From Blasia pusilla (taxonomy: Eukaryota), in NCBI GenBank assembly GCA_050084515.1, contig CM114271.1, positions 15,066,001-15,130,000 on the forward strand: a DNA stretch of 64,000 bases. The letters are read 5' to 3'. The first letter of the stretch is position 1. Each line of letters opens with the position of its first letter. A program made the translations under genes and the position numbers. Shown piece by piece: positions 14,050 through 28,274 of this stretch. The notes under the pieces were generated by a model, which saw nothing but the letters and a program-made list of their open reading frames with translations, did not search any database and was not told the origin of the DNA.

Positions 14050-17000
14050 CCCCTCAAGCTCATATCGATATCTCTAACGCCTAAATCCTTTCTAAACATC
14101 TCGAACTTATCTCTAGACAATGCCTTTGTAAAGATGTCAGCAATTTACTGATCTGTACCTATATACACAAGATCAATTTCTCCTGCAAGCACTTTCTCTC
14201 TGATAAAATGATAGTGCACCTCAACATGTTTTGTACGAGCATGAAACACAAGGTTATTAGCAAGCTTGATACTACTAATATTATCTATATATATTACACT
14301 AGGTCCTAAGTTACTAACACCAGTCTCAACAAGTAATCGATGAAGCCACACCGCCTCACATGCTGCATTGGTTGCTCCTCTGTACTTAGCCTATGTTGAA
14401 GATAAAGCAACTGTAGGTAGCTTCTTTGAAGCCCAACTTATAGTTGCGCTCCCAAAGTAAAGGAATAACCAGATGTGGAGTGTCGATCAGACACGCTTCC
14501 TGCCCAATCAGTATGTGGAATCCCTGTAATTGAAAACTCGGAGAAGGTTCAAATTGAAGCCCAAATTGAATAGAGAATTTCACATATTGCATAATCCTCC
14601 TCGCATCATCAAGGTGAGGTTTTCAAGGTGCTTGCATAAACTTGCTCACTAGGCCAACAACATAGCTCAAATCTAGTTTGGTTATAGTTAGATAGATCAA
14701 ACTTCCAACCATGCGCATGTACATATTAGAATCTGCAAGCAGCTCTCCTTCGTCCACTCTTAGCTTCACGCTTTGGTCCAACAGTGTAAAGATTGGCTTA
14801 CAAGCTGTCATACCATATTTTGAAAGCATATGAAGAGCATATTGTCGTTGTAGTAACCACATACTCTCTCCAACCTTGATAAACTCAATTCGAAGGAAGT
14901 ACTTCAGTTCTCCCAAGTCCTTCATATCAAATTTTGCTTGTAACTTCAGCTTGACTTGTTGTACCATTTCTTGAGTACTCCCAGTAATCAAGAGATCGTC
15001 AACATACAACACAATGAGAACTGTATAATCTTTTTCTCTCAAGACATATAACGAGGAGTTAGAATCACATACCCTAAAACCCAACTCTTGTAGGACGTAT
15101 GTAATCTTGCCATACCAAGCTCTTGGAGCTTGTTTGAGCCTATATAGATCTTTCTTCAACCTGCATACGCAAAATGGAAACTTGGAATGCTCGTTTCCAG
15201 GTGGTTGAGTCATATATACCTCCTCATATAAGTCTCCATTCAAGAAGGCATTCTTGACGTCCATGTGATGTAATCTCCACTTCTTACCTAATGCAACTGC
15301 AACCACTATTCTCGTAGACGCCATCTTCGCAACAGGGCTAAATATTTCCTCATAATCGATACTATATTGTTGTGCATAGCCCTTAGCCACCAATCTTGCT
15401 TTGTATCTGTTAATTCTACCATCTTGATTGTGCTTGATTTTGTAAACCCATTTGCAACCAATAGCTTCCTTACCGGAAGGTATATCAATCAGCTCACATG
15501 TTTGTTGATGTCTTAATGCAACAAGCTCTTCCTCCATAGCTTCGATCCATTCAGCTTTACTCGCACCTTCTTCAAAAAAACTCCGCTTCTGCTCTTGAAG
15601 GATAGTCATCTTATATGCATGATGTGTTGCAAGTAAACCTTCATTTATGAATCTATGAATTGGATGTGTAACTCTAATTGATCTACGAAGTTGTTGTTCA
15701 GAGATAGATGCCTGTGACACGTGACTCGAGCTCTGACTAGTGTCAACAGACTGAATATGTACTCTTCCCATCCATAGACTCATAGATTTAATTGATGAAT
15801 CTAAGACCTCTCCTAATCCTATACTAGTACTTGGGAAAGTTGAAGACAATGTCTGGTTTATAGTCATATTCTCTCCCTCAACAGACAAGTTTAAAAGTGG
15901 AATAGGCTCAGATGGAGCATACAATGACTTTAGTTCATCAAAGACAACATCTCGACTAATAATTAGATGCCTAGAGGATGGAATATAGCACTTATATCCC
16001 TTAGTTCCATCAGCATAACCAATGAAGATACATCTTTCAGAATTGGGGTCTAATTTCTGACGTCTCTCAGAAGGAACATGAGCATAACAAATACAGCCAA
16101 ATACTTTCAAGAAGGAAAAATCAAGTTTACTTCCTATGAAGACTTCGAATGGAGTTTTATCATGAACTTCTGCTGTTGGAGTTCAATTGATTAAGAAGAC
16201 TGCACATGCTACATCCTCTGCCCAATACACCTTAGGCATGTTCTTCTCATTCAGCATAGCTCGTGTTGCTTCAGCAATATGTGGATTCTTCCTCTCATCC
16301 ACTCCATTTTGTTGTGGAGTGTAACGGCAAGTCACTTGACGTTTGATGCCATTCTGAAGTAAATAGTCATCAAACTCTGTTGAAAGATACTCTCCTCCTC
16401 CATCACAACGCAATTTCAGAATGTGTTGTCTAGTCTGCTTCTCTACTAGAACTCTGAATGTTTGGAACACTGAGAATACCTCTGACTTGGCTTTCAAAAA
16501 GTATACCCATATATACCTAGAGAAGTCATTAATAAATGAAATAAAGTACTGGCAACCACTAAGGCTATGTTGTGATGCTATCCACACATCATTGTGGATC
16601 CATTCCAATATCTTGGATGCTCTTCTACCTTGCTTTGGAAAAGGAAATCTAGCTTGTTTTTCAAATTGGCAAGCAGGACATACCTCTAACGTAGCAAGAC
16701 TCGCTAATTTAGGGAGTCTTATTACTATATTAGATGATGAAAGACTCTGTAATCTTTGAAGATTCATATGTTCAATTCCTTTATGCCACACATTTAGATC
16801 TGTGACTTATTGGCCGATTTGACCATACATTGTTGTTTGAATCTCTGGCATAGAAACAACTAATTTGAGCATTTTTCCAGATCTAGTTCCTTTGGCTATC
16901 ATAGTCTGGTCATCTATTGTTTCAATGAAACAACCATCTACGTTAAACTTCACTTGATAACCATGTTTTACTATCTCTCCTACAGAGATCAAATTTCTTG

Positions 17001-18214
17001 CAATGGTAGGAACATATAGAACATTTCCAAGAGCACAAAGACCATCTGATGCTATTGGAACTTTACATTGGTATACGTGATATAATGGTGATGTCATCTC
17101 CTGTGAGCACAATTACAAGATCTTTCACTGGCTTCAAACTACTGAACCATTTAGCTTGTGAGGTCATGTGATTTGATGCACCAGAGTGAATGTACCAATA
17201 TGTTATCAAGTCTTTCTTGACCATTGCTCTCATATGATGAGTCATGACCAAGAGATGCTCCGTTTGTGAATGTTGTTGTTCTTGGTACTGCTCTTGGTGT
17301 TGTTGCTCCACATAGTTTTATTGTTGTAAGGCTCATGTTCTCATATTTGCCTTTTTCTTGAAGAAAAAATTTGCATAGTGACCCTTTATCCCACAGTAAT
17401 TGCAAGATCCAGAGAGCCTTTGTTGCTGATCTCGACCCCAACGGTTTCCATCATCACCACCTTGTGATTGTGTCTAGTACCGATTTGTAGTTGATTGACT
17501 GACGTTATATTGAGTGCCTCTTCCTCCATATGCTTGATATCCACCACGACCATGGAATTTTATGCCATGACCTCTGCCTCTGTTTGATCCATAACCTGCA
17601 AATAGGGCACTCTCTTGCAGACTAGACGAGCTACCGCTGCCTGCTAGGTGCATCTCTCCATTGATCAACAGAGGAACTAACTCTTGAAAGGTTGGATACT
17701 TCTCTCTCATAGAGATAGAGGTCTCAAAGGACTTGTAATCCTTTGGAAGGCCTTGAAGAGTGAATAAAATCATATCATCATCTTCTACTGTCACTCCAAT
17801 GCTATTCAACTGGTCAACAATATGTCTGATACTCAAAATATAATCATTGATGCTCTACGATCTTTTTCGCACTTCGTTCAATTGTTGTTTCAATTGAAGC
17901 TTTCTGGCCTTTGTAGATGTGTGGAAGATCTTTTCTAATGCATCCCAGGCCTCCTTCGGAATATCAACATCTTGGATGTGACCTATCATTGGCGAATTGA
18001 TCGTTATTGAAATGTAGTGGATTACTTGCCTTGCGCGTTTGTTCCAAGCGTGAACATTCAAGTCTGTTGAGTCACCTTCTAGCTTGGCCTCATCACCTAT
18101 CACAAGCTCTCATAGTTCTTGACTCATGAGAAATTTTTTCATGCGAAACTTTCAGACATTGTAATTCTGCTCGTCTAACTTCTCGCCTGTGATTATTGTT
18201 GAGGAATACTCCAT
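14050..18214 (-). pseudogene. Copia gag-pol polyprotein with multiple stops and frameshifts
   Basis: ATG at 18214 (MEYSSTIITGEKLDEQNYNV*KFRMKNFL). ORF pieces 17855-18103, 17474-17836, 16807-17311, 16183-16791, 14623-16110 and 14145-14351. Confidence 0.92.
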
Positions 18215-18717
18215 GATAAATGATTTCACTCACAAAAACATAATTTCATGCTTTCTACTGCTCCAATTGGAGCATAGACCACTCCTATACAGAATTCGAC
18301 CTGAAATTTTCCGAAAGTGATGAGCTATATGAAAGAACTAGTCGAAATTGGTTTGTAGAGAGCAAATTGTACAACTTTTCTTCACTAATTGCTCTTTCCT
18401 ACACTAAAATTGCTACTGCATGAGCTCACAGTGTCAAAATCGAGCAATTTTGGGTGCGTTTGAAAGCTCTCGATAAGCTCTACAAGATGGCTACAACTTT
18501 CCTTCTAATTGTTCCAGTCAAAGCGGACCCAGACGGCTGAATCGACCGGGAAAGCCCTAAAAAATGCCTCCAAAGTTTTATCATCGTCAAAGCTCCACCT
18601 GAAATCTGCACCCATTAAGCTCTGAATTAAATTTCCTTCTTCCAAACTGAAAATTTTCCTTCTCTTGCCTCTCTTCTCTCTTCAAACACCAAGAATTTTA
18701 AGTGATATTCTCCTCCC

Positions 18718-18729
18718 GCTCTAATACCA
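18718..18729 (-). promoter_or_regulatory. Primer binding site (tRNA-iMet type)
   Basis: gctctaatacca is the reverse complement of TGGTATTAGAGC, one mismatch from canonical TGGTATCAGAGC, and abuts the LTR. Confidence 0.85.
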
Positions 18730-18977
18730 CGTGGAAAACTGCTAAACAAGCATAATTGGTGGAAAACGGCTCACACACACACACACCACCATGGAGAACG
18801 ATATTTGCAATGAGAGAATTGAGTGGAGGCTGGTCCTCTTCTCAATTATATGGGGTATGTACAAGCAACCCTAACCCTACCCTTAACCATATTCTCGAGT
18901 TAGACTAACTCTGATTAACTAACCCTAGTTAAGACAATCGTGCTTAATTGACTAACCAAGATTAAGCTTCCCTACTT
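18730..18977 (-). repeat. Copia 5' LTR, truncated at its outer end
   Basis: Matches 13734-13981 only; the last ~65 bp of the other LTR have no counterpart. Confidence 0.88.
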
Positions 18978-20859
18978 GTTGGATGTGTGGTGGGCCACAT
19001 AAGCAGAGGGACTACCCATAACATGGGAGAGGGTCACGGGAAGCTCCGATTGCTCAGGAGTTATAGAGGATGGCCCCACCACAGTTGCAGTGTGATCATT
19101 GTCACCGATATGGTCACACTAGGGATAGGTGTTATGATCTTTGCTAGGAGGTACATCCAGAGGTAGGCAGAGGACTTGGGGGCGAGAGCGTTGGTGGAGA
19201 TCGTGGTGGTAGAGTGCCATCACCAGTCACAAGAGATGGAGGACATGAACCCGATGCAGTGCTCCTTACGCGCATTGATCAGTTGGAGCAGAGGATTGCA
19301 ACCACGACAATGATGTAGCTGCATGCAAGCACGGAGCTAAGAGTAGCTAGTGTGGCACCAACCTCCACATCTTACCACGATGCTGGTGAGGATTCTACGA
19401 GGATGGGATTTATGTGTAGTGCGGCTGAGGTTGAGACTATTGCAGTAGTGACTAGGGGTGCTGCGAGAGTGACCAAGCCATTGAGATGTGTGATGGAGTT
19501 AGACCCACAGGAGGGGACCGATGGGCGACAAGCTAGGGTTCCCCAATCATTCACGATGTCAGAGGCATTGCATACACGATCGATGATGCCTCGACGACCG
19601 ACAATGTCCACAGGTGGGACAGGTGCGTCGACGTCATGAGGAGTTGGAGAGACAACTCCTATACCGGCTCGGGTGGAGCGAGTGTCGATCACATTGTTGG
19701 AGGTGGCCACTAGGATGAGCCATGCTCCATTGTTTTCCGCCATGGAGTTGGAAATGTTGGGAGTTGGACCAAAGGAGGTGTTCCGGTTGGCCGTCACGTT
19801 GTGTGAGCGTGGAGAGGTGATTGCCTCTCATTCACAGAGGTAGTTGAGGAGGTGGTGGACTTTCCCTCGAAGCAGGTGCTCGGGACCTCCCTTATTGAGT
19901 CATGACATGCGGCGACGGCGAAGTTGGTAGATATGTCAACTCGAGCCGCCATAGAGCGAGCCATGATCACACCAAGTGTGGTGTTGTTGGATAACCAAGC
20001 ATAAGTGTTTTGCTTGGTTAGTCCTACAGGTACGGTGTACCACCCACAACGTGTCCTACTTGATTCAGGAGCGCAACCCTTGATGTTAGGCAAAACAACA
20101 TGTTTGGCGTTGGGATTACGAAAAGGCAACATTGAGCGTTTTCGATTTCAGATATAGACCTCTATTGGGGGCGTATCACCCACGCAGTATATGACTCGTC
20201 AGGAGTTGGTGGTTTGACTCCAGTCAGAGCATGAGACAGATAGTGCGATGGTGCGCACTCAGGCGATTACGACACCGACAGATTTGTATGATGTGTTGGT
20301 AGGGAGTACGATGTTGTACCCTCTAGGTTTCATTCTGGATTTATTGGAGGAGACAATTTCTTATCGGCCAGGGTGGCGATCAGGTGATAGACAGGTGAGC
20401 TATCTACTAGTGCAGTTTGCAGGAGTTAGTGGCCGTCAACCACGTGAGGATACGATGATCACGTTGGCAGCATTCACAAGTGGTGTTTGCTAATCATGAG
20501 AGTTTGGGGAGAGGAGCACACATGCAGAGGATATTTCCATAGCAGATAGTCCCACTGAGAGACATGCTAGGGTGGGTGTCTCTTCCCATGGTGCAGAGCT
20601 TCTTTATTGTTGTTGGGAACGAGCGTTGAGATGTGTGGAATGTAGATGAGATCGTGAGGCAGACGTGAAGCCATGTCTATGTTTGGAGCAGGGTACGAGA
20701 GTGTTAGATCTCTTCGTAGGGATCAACACGGCGGATTGCTGCAATGTGGCAATGTTGCAAGGATGACGGCATCGATGGTGCTAGATGTGCATAGGATAGG
20801 AGATCTTGTCGAGTACATATGTGTGTGCTATCTAGAGTTAGGGGGACCCAACTACTAGC

Positions 20860-22770
20860 TAGGGGGTGGTTTTGGGGTCCCAATATATATGCGTGAATAT
20901 GTTTCATTTATGTGTGGATCTACCCGTATATTGGGGAAGATCGATGTTGTGTGGTATGTAGATGTGACCAGCAATGTGGGTTGTGTAGCGATGTGTATGC
21001 GCACGACAGCATTGTGGGGTCACAGTGTATACGCGTGAGTGTGTTTCATTTATGTGTAGATCTACCCGTATGTTGGGGAAGATTGGTGTTGTGTGGTATA
21101 TAGATGTAATCAACGATGTGTATGTGCACGACAGGCAATATTGAGCCCTTTCCCTTTCAGATACATATCTTTATTGGGAGTGTATCACCCACGCAGTATA
21201 TGACTCAACACAAGCTAGTTGTTAGATTCTAGTCAAAGCCTAGGTTAGATCATGCGAAGGTGCATACTCGGACGAGTCCTATGATGTGTTGGTAGGAAGT
21301 ATGTTGTTGTATCCCCTTTATTTCATCTTAATTTTTGGGAGGAGAGGATTTCTTATCGATCAAGATAGTGATCAGGTGATGGACAAGTGAGCCATTTACC
21401 TGTGTGCTTTGCAAGGCGTAGTGTACTAGTGGTGGATCACAATGTGATATCGTGATCATGTTAGCAAGATTCACATGTAGTGAGTGGCTAGTTGGATAGA
21501 ATCAACCATGCGGAGGACATCCTATGAGCAATTAGTCCCACAGAGCTACATGTCAGAATGAATATTTCTTCCCATGGTGCGGAGACCTCTTTACCGTTGT
21601 TGGGTATATAGGAGTGTTGAGCTCATTTGCATAAGAATGCAGATGAGCTCGTGATGTAGGTGAGGAGATGTGCCTGTGTTTCAAAGCAGACAGAGTGAGG
21701 TGACAATCATGCTTTTGGAGTATAGATTTGATATCTTCAGATACCACACTTGTTTTATGTGAGCATCTAGAGGAGGGCGCGAGAGTGTTAAATCTCTCTG
21801 AAGGGATCAACACAATGGGTAGGTGTAGTGTTGTAGGATTATATTTGGATACATTGATATCTCCAAGTAGAGTTAGATAAGATAGATACGCGGATGAGCA
21901 TATGTTGGAAGACGTATCTGATATGATGGCACCGACGGTACTAGATGATTATAGAGTGGTAGATTATCTTAACTAGATATGATGTTTGCTATTTGGAGTT
22001 AGGGGGATCCAAGTGCCAGCCAGGGGGACGATTATGTGGTCTTAATATATATGCGTGAATATATTTCGTTTATGAAATTATGAATGGATCAACCCGTGTG
22101 TTGGGAAGATTGGTATTGTGTGGTGAGTAGATATAACCAGCAATGTGGATTATGTAGCGATGTGTACGTGGACAACAACTGCAACATCTTAGTTATCTGA
22201 CAAGGAGTGTTCTATTGTGCCAATGACATAGGGATCAACGGGTTGTTTTGGTGTAATTTTGTCCAAAGATGTCGGATGAGGTTGGCAATATGTCGGTTGC
22301 ATCAAGAACATTGTTTTATAAGATTGCCCTATTTTGGTCTTTGTCACCTAGATGATCCGTTGACCAAATCAACAATCATCTAGTAACTAGTTTTGGAGGC
22401 TATTTATAGAGAAAGAGCATTTTGGCTCTTCACAAGCTATAAGAGAAGAAGAGAAGGCTTTCCCAAACCATCTTTCCTATATTCAGCCTTAGAGCACCTC
22501 ACTTGCTTTGTGTATAGTAAGAACTAGGGTGCTAGCGTCCAAATTCCTTGATAGCAAAGGATGGATGTGAATCGATGTTCTAATGTAGATTTTAGGAGTG
22601 GAGTTGGCCATGTGAGTCATTTTTTCTATGATTTTGTTATTTGATCTCGATGTACATGCGTGAGTATAATTTGCTTATAAGTGAATCGATCCGTATCTTG
22701 GGAAGATCAACGTTGTGTGGTGTGTAGATACAACCAACGATGTGGATTGTGTAGCGATGTTTATGTGCAC
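20860..22770 (+). repeat. ~130-bp subrepeat of family A (copies near 20890, 21035, 22060, 22660; also 37690-37820)
   Basis: Recurrent ...ttatgtgtggatctacccgt.t.ttgggaagat...ttgtgtggt.tgtagat...cgatgtgg.ttgtgtagcgatgtgtatg.gcacgaca. Confidence 0.75.
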
Positions 22771-23289
22771 GAAAAATTGATTGATGTGTGAGAGAAGCGT
22801 TGCCTTCGATATCCTCACTCCATCTCCTTCTGACTAGTGGTGGAACTCTACCACCATAATCATCAACTCCATTACCTCCACTAACTCTCTCGCCCTGGTG
22901 CCCTTGGCCTAGCTATGGACGCAACTTTGGACGAAGATCAAAACACCTATCTCTAGTATCACCATATTGGTCATAATGGTTACATTGCAATTGTGGTGGG
23001 GACATCCTAGGTGGCTTCTGAACATTGGGAGGCACCTTAGGCCCTCTACCATGTTGTGGAAAATCCTTTTGCTTATGGGGCCCACCACACGTCTATCAAG
23101 CCATCACATCTCGTATTTTCCTCTATAGCTCCTGGTTCAAAACTGTGTACCAATACTACATTTACTATGCCTCAATTATCCAATATGTGGCAATAATTAA
23201 TCGACGCATACGCATGAACGTCTCTCTCAGATTCTCACCCGATCTCCACTCAAAATCATGTAGACTCTTGAGATTTTCAATCCGCATGC

Positions 23290-23965
23290 CCTAGTAGCTC
23301 CTCTCCAAGTTTTGAAAGAACTTCACTATAGGACTCAAACAGGATGGTGCTCTAGCACCAAAGGTCTCTGGTGCCTCACCGCCCTCATAACCATCATCTC
23401 CATCTAGTCCCTGGGCAGATGTAGGCCTTTTCCCTCCCACTAACCTATCATACACCTCGCGGTCACTAGTGGACACATACCCTAGAGCCTAATATATCCT
23501 ACAAGCATCGATCTTTATTGAGTGTAAAGACCGGAACTCCATGTAGTCGACCATTGGAGGACCCTCTAGATGCTGGAACAAACCCTTCCACGCCAAGAAA
23601 GGGTTGAACTGCGTAGGGGCTCGTATCTCCTAAAAGTTGCACTTTGTGTCAAACTCCTGGACAAAATCATCTAAGTCGATGGTGCACCAAAGAAATGATG
23701 ATGGTGGCACCATCTAAGTCGATGGTGCATCAAGTCAAACTATCCCAATCTAGGTTGAAGAGAGGAAAATTTTCATATATTCCCTCACTAGCTCACCTAT
23801 GAGTTTTTTCCTCTTCCATTTATTTTGAGCCTCCCAAACTAGCTCCTAACACACTCTCGAGTCATACACATGACCCTACACATGCAAGGAGACTACACGT
23901 CACCATCACTACCCCCATCTAGCCTAAGATACTACTTGATATCGAAACACCCTAAAATAAAATGA
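23290..23965 (-). mobile_element. Inverted family A gag fragment
   Basis: ORF 23291-23476 (MSTSDREVYDRLVGGKRPT..GLDGDDG) matches 13268-13477; 23800-23960 is the reverse complement of ~12570-12760. Confidence 0.7.
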
Positions 23966-24334
23966 GAAATTGCATCACTCTATTGAGTGCAAAGGTAAAA
24001 AGAGAGGAAGAGAGGAAAGAGAGAAAAGAGAGAGGAAAAATCTAGGGAATCACTTTTTTTTTGAAGAGAGTTTCCATTGGGTTGAAGAGAGGAAAATTTT
24101 CATATATTGGAACCTTTTTTTTTTTTCCTCAATCACTTCGAGTCCGACGAGTTGCAAATTGCACAAAATTGAGAAAACTGAAAAATCAGTGGAATCATAA
24201 GTGTGGAACCAATCACTTTTTGCATCCAAGGTCTGGAAAAAATCTGTCATTTGCGCGGGGCTGAATAGAGTTCAAGCTCAAAGTGAAGGTTGAGAAAAAA
24301 ATAAAAGTACAATCTAAAACCTCATTTTCCATCC

Positions 24335-27300
24335 TCAAAGTGGTTTGTTTAAAATACTTCGAACTTCTTTGAGGGACAGAATTGGTTGGTGGATTCCTAC
24401 TCCTACCTCCGACTCTCTTAAAACTACCAGCAACACATAGTACATGTGCTTACAAGGGAAATACCTTTTGCCACTTGTCTCTCTTTGGACAAAGTCATCA
24501 CATGAACATGTGGGGAAGCAACAGATGTGCACCACATACACCCCTGTGACACTTGAATTTACAGTGTTGTTCTTGACCCAATACATCCTTCCTATTCCAT
24601 TGCCATTGTGGACATCTTTCGTGGCGATGATCTCCATTTTTGCCTCCCGAGCTGATGCAATTCGCTTTGCTCTCTCCACCGTTGGCCTGCACATTCTGTT
24701 TCTCTTCACCCCATTTCTAGACTCAAATTGAAATAGTGGATTGAGATCATCCACCTTCTACATGTTGACATCAATCTTGGGTTGAATACGAAATGCGAAG
24801 GTCTCTGTAATGCGAACATGCTCCGAACCTCCCCCGTCTACGAGTGTGAAACCGGCCGGCACTTGTAAGATTGTCCACTTCGTCTTGAGTGCAGTTCGTA
24901 CCTGCGGCGATGGGCCAAATCATGGGGGTATTCCCGGGAGCTCCAATGGCATCCGGATAAGACTTACGGAAAGCGCAAGATTCATTTGGGCAGAAGAAGT
25001 ACTTCAATTGATCCCCGGTCCTCGTGAAACGATCAAAAGTTTTGAGTCCCCAAAACCCAGACAGTGGTCGTCCAGTCCTTGTACAGTTCTTATTTAGGAA
25101 AGTGCCGCATGCTCTCCTTATGCCATCAGATCCTGCCCTGCAGGTGGGGTCCATGTCCTGGGTTGCTCCAAGATATATGCCACCGTTTTAGGTTGCAATC
25201 CACCTCCATTACCGGAATCCCATATTGTTGAACCACCCTAGTGATAGGATGTTGCGAACTTCCAGCAATGGAGGGCTTTTGAAATAAAAAATTCACTGAT
25301 TTTGGAGAAGTTACTCCATCACGGATTTGGGACGGGTCCGGGGTCCGCGAATACCTGGGCGGCGTAATTTCCTCATCCAAATCAATCACCGGATTTGTTC
25401 CTCGATCGCCTCTTCACCGCTCAAGTCAAGATACTTATCTGGTCTCCACGAGTCTCGCTCGAACTGCTCTACCACCATCTGTATGGGACATCTTGAAACC
25501 CGCCCACGAATATCCCCACCAATGTGTACGTCTTGCTCGAGTGGAGTTCCAGCTACGCACCGGTTGAAGGCTTCCCCATACATTTTTTCATCACCAGATC
25601 TCACAGCCGCCCTGACGTAGAGCTCATAGATCGACGGCCCCTTTCCTTTTGTTATGCCTTTTGTGAGGAAGATATGGGATGTCGCAGATCAGTAGCATTG
25701 CTCTTGCCTGGTCTTGTTGGCATGCCTCCACAAGTGAAATTCGTTGGCATGCTTGTGACGACCTCCAGGAGGAATGAACACTTTCTGCTCCACTTGTGTT
25801 GGGGCAGAGGGCATTTTCATGAACGTTCAATCCCTGCAACGACGGAAATGTTAGAAGGGAACGAAAATAACTCAGGAGTCAAAGAAATAAGCGACCTGTC
25901 GGAACCAGATGGGTTGTAGGCCCGAGATATCCCATGAACGACTCTGCGACCCGTCGGGTCCCGACGTGTTGTAACCTTAAATCCACCTACTGCAACCCAT
26001 CGGAACCAAACGGGTTGCAAGGTCAAGGCATCCCATGAACGACTCTGTGACCCGTCGGGTCTCGACGGGTTGCACCAAAAATCTGGATGCAACCCGTCGG
26101 TTTCCGTCGGGTTGCACACTCAGGCAACCCGTCGCATCCGACAGCTTGCTTGGTTTCTTCGGTTTGAAATCCATATAGTTCCCACGCTTCTCACCCTGAG
26201 CTACAACTTTACAAAAAATTCTCAGCGTGAGCTTGACAACACAAAATAGTGAACTCACTTGCCACATGAAGTTTCCCCATTGTCTCATACGTACAGTCCA
26301 CCAACTCAACCGAGAGCACAACTCTTTGTACTTCCCCTCAATCGCATGCTTCCTCCACCACCCATGAAGTTCTTCCTGGCATTCCATGGCCTGCTTCAAG
26401 GTTTTGTTGTCCTTGCAGTGTTGGAGTAGAGTGACATGCTCTGTCCTCTTATTCTCCTTGATGCAAGATTTGGTGTACCGGGTCACAGACTGTTGCCAAT
26501 GGGAAGCATCCGACCTTTCCCTCTCCGGTTGAACCTCTCCACCCCAGAACACTTCCCGGATAGCAATCCACCCAGGTTGTGCATTGTCTGCCATGAACCC
26601 ATAAATTTCCGAAGGAGGTGGTCTTTTTTTTCCTTCACCACCTCCAATAAGAGTAACCAAAGACATCTTCAAAGCGCCAACGTCTTACGCCTTTACTTCA
26701 CAGACAAATATAGTTTTGAGTCCCTTCTCCACATGGTCATAAACATGAGCACCCATCGTCAACCATCCGTTCAAGACTCAGTAGCAAATATCAAAGCTCA
26801 CCCAGCCTCCGTAAAGATCTTCCCCTTCCCTCATTCGATCTATAAGATCGAGGCCACTCGACGGACCTGTGGTTGACATTTTGAAGACATAGGCCCTGGA
26901 TCCCTCGCCTCCTTGGCCCATGAACTGCCATCTCTGAATGAATGGAAATCTCCAGTTGGCATTGATTCTGGCGATGGCATCCATTTCGGCCGTCTTTCCA
27001 TCCAAAACCCGTATTTGACGCAGAAAATTCCGGAAGCATTCAGGATCAGCGAGAAATGCGAGATTTTCCCAGAGTTGTTTCTCCTCAACCGCCGTGATCT
27101 CGCCTTGTCCAGGGATTCCAAGAAATTGTTCACAAATTTGTGATGCGGTTGTGAGCTTGATCACTCCGGGCTTTGAACCCGGAGAGTTTCTGTAGAACTC
27201 GGCTACTTTCTTCGCCACATCCTCCTTGATGTGTCTCTGAATTGCATCGATCACAGGATGAGTGTGGGAGCCAACATGAACAGCCAGCCTTGTGTACTCT

Positions 27301-28274
27301 GACGTGGAGCCCAAGTCGTGGACAATGAAAAATATGTATGCAGGACACGCTCCAACGCAGAAGGGCGATGCCTGACAATGAGGACATCGATGGCCTCCCG
27401 ACGGTATTGTGGCACCCACCTCGTATGGAGTTTCTGCATTCTTGGGGGGGAATTGCAACGTATTGACTCGCCAGTTGCGCTCTAGATACGGGCATGCTGG
27501 ACTTCTACACTCCAAGGCTCCCAGGCATTGGCGGCGGGAGACAATCCAAGGACCATCTGGAATGGAAGCACTGGTCCGTTGAAGCCTGCACCATCGATGA
27601 CAATCAGACTTTCTGTCCATACCCTTCAGGCATCCTCCATCCTTCTTTTGAGCACGAGCAGCAAGTGGAGGCAACTCAAAAATGCAATTACCATCGTACG
27701 TGGGCGGTAGCTCGTCGACAAGAATATGCTTGAACATTTTCAAGGCTAGAGACAAAAGCAAACTATTGCCTGATACTCGCAAGAGAAACGAGTAGGCGGA
27801 CAGAGGGGCCGATTGGTGTCCGACAGATCCACTGAGGTTGATAACATCCGGAATCTCTTTAGGAAGAAGAACATTGTTACGAGCGTGCAAAGTTGGAGTC
27901 GAAGCCGGATCTACCGAGCTAGGAGTTGCAAACGTAGAGCTCGGAGCACTAGGAAATTCTAGACCGTCTACTTGGGAAACAGAAAAATTCAGGGGCAGGG
28001 AGTAAACTCTGTATTGACCATTTGCTAGAGGTAGGAGATTCCATACTTTACGGTCCGAGGTCACTAGCTGGACCGTCTCACCTATTATGTCTTCCGTACC
28101 GTCCACCCTAACATCTCTGGATACAAAGATGGTTCCAATTTGGAGAAGAAATCGAACAGACAGAAAATTTTCATCCACTGCTATGAAAGACTCACGAGCT
28201 TAGGGTCGAATGATTTTTGATTGAGGAAGGGCCGCCAGATGACTGCCACAAGTGAGCTTAACATAATTATCCAT
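24335..28274 (-). pseudogene. MULE/Mutator-like transposase: GCM-like Zn domain, DDE core, C-terminal SWIM; intron 25834-26258
   Basis: ATG at 28274 is in frame with ORF 26778-28178 (RQCLGALECRSPAC...CPHC...C..HVGSHTHP). Core motifs WVSFDICY*..TMGAHVYD, FMADNAQPGWIAIREVF, DASHWQQ; after splicing (caa|gtgagt...tgcag|gga) NTSGAESVH; SWIM CSCDDF..PCKHMYYV. In-frame stops and frameshifts present. Confidence 0.85.
25891..26149. repeat. Array of 6 degenerate 27-bp palindromes in the transposase intron
   Basis: e.g. gcaacccgtcggtttccgtcgggttgc (26089-26115) and gacccgtcgggtctcgacgggttgc. Confidence 0.85.

Larger units (their letters stand above)
13734..18977 (-). mobile_element. Ty1/copia LTR retrotransposon (decayed)
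   Basis: Two LTRs, PBS and PPT. Gag-protease-integrase-RT-RNaseH order on the minus strand (WYIHSGASNHMT; LRCDGGGEY; TPQQNGV; YKARLVAKGY; HHMDVKNAFLNG; LYVDDLLITG; RTKHVEVHYHFIRE). Confidence 0.95.
12570..22770 (+). mobile_element. Degenerate family A retroelement (gag, CCHC knuckle, aspartic protease), interrupted by the copia element at 13734-18977
   Basis: Gag-like remnants at 13070-13730; CCHC knuckle LQCDHCHRYGHTRDRC at ~19085-19135; protease-like LLDSGAQPLMLG (~20055) and YDVLVGS..LYPLGF (~20285). Many stops; no RT recognised. Confidence 0.6.
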
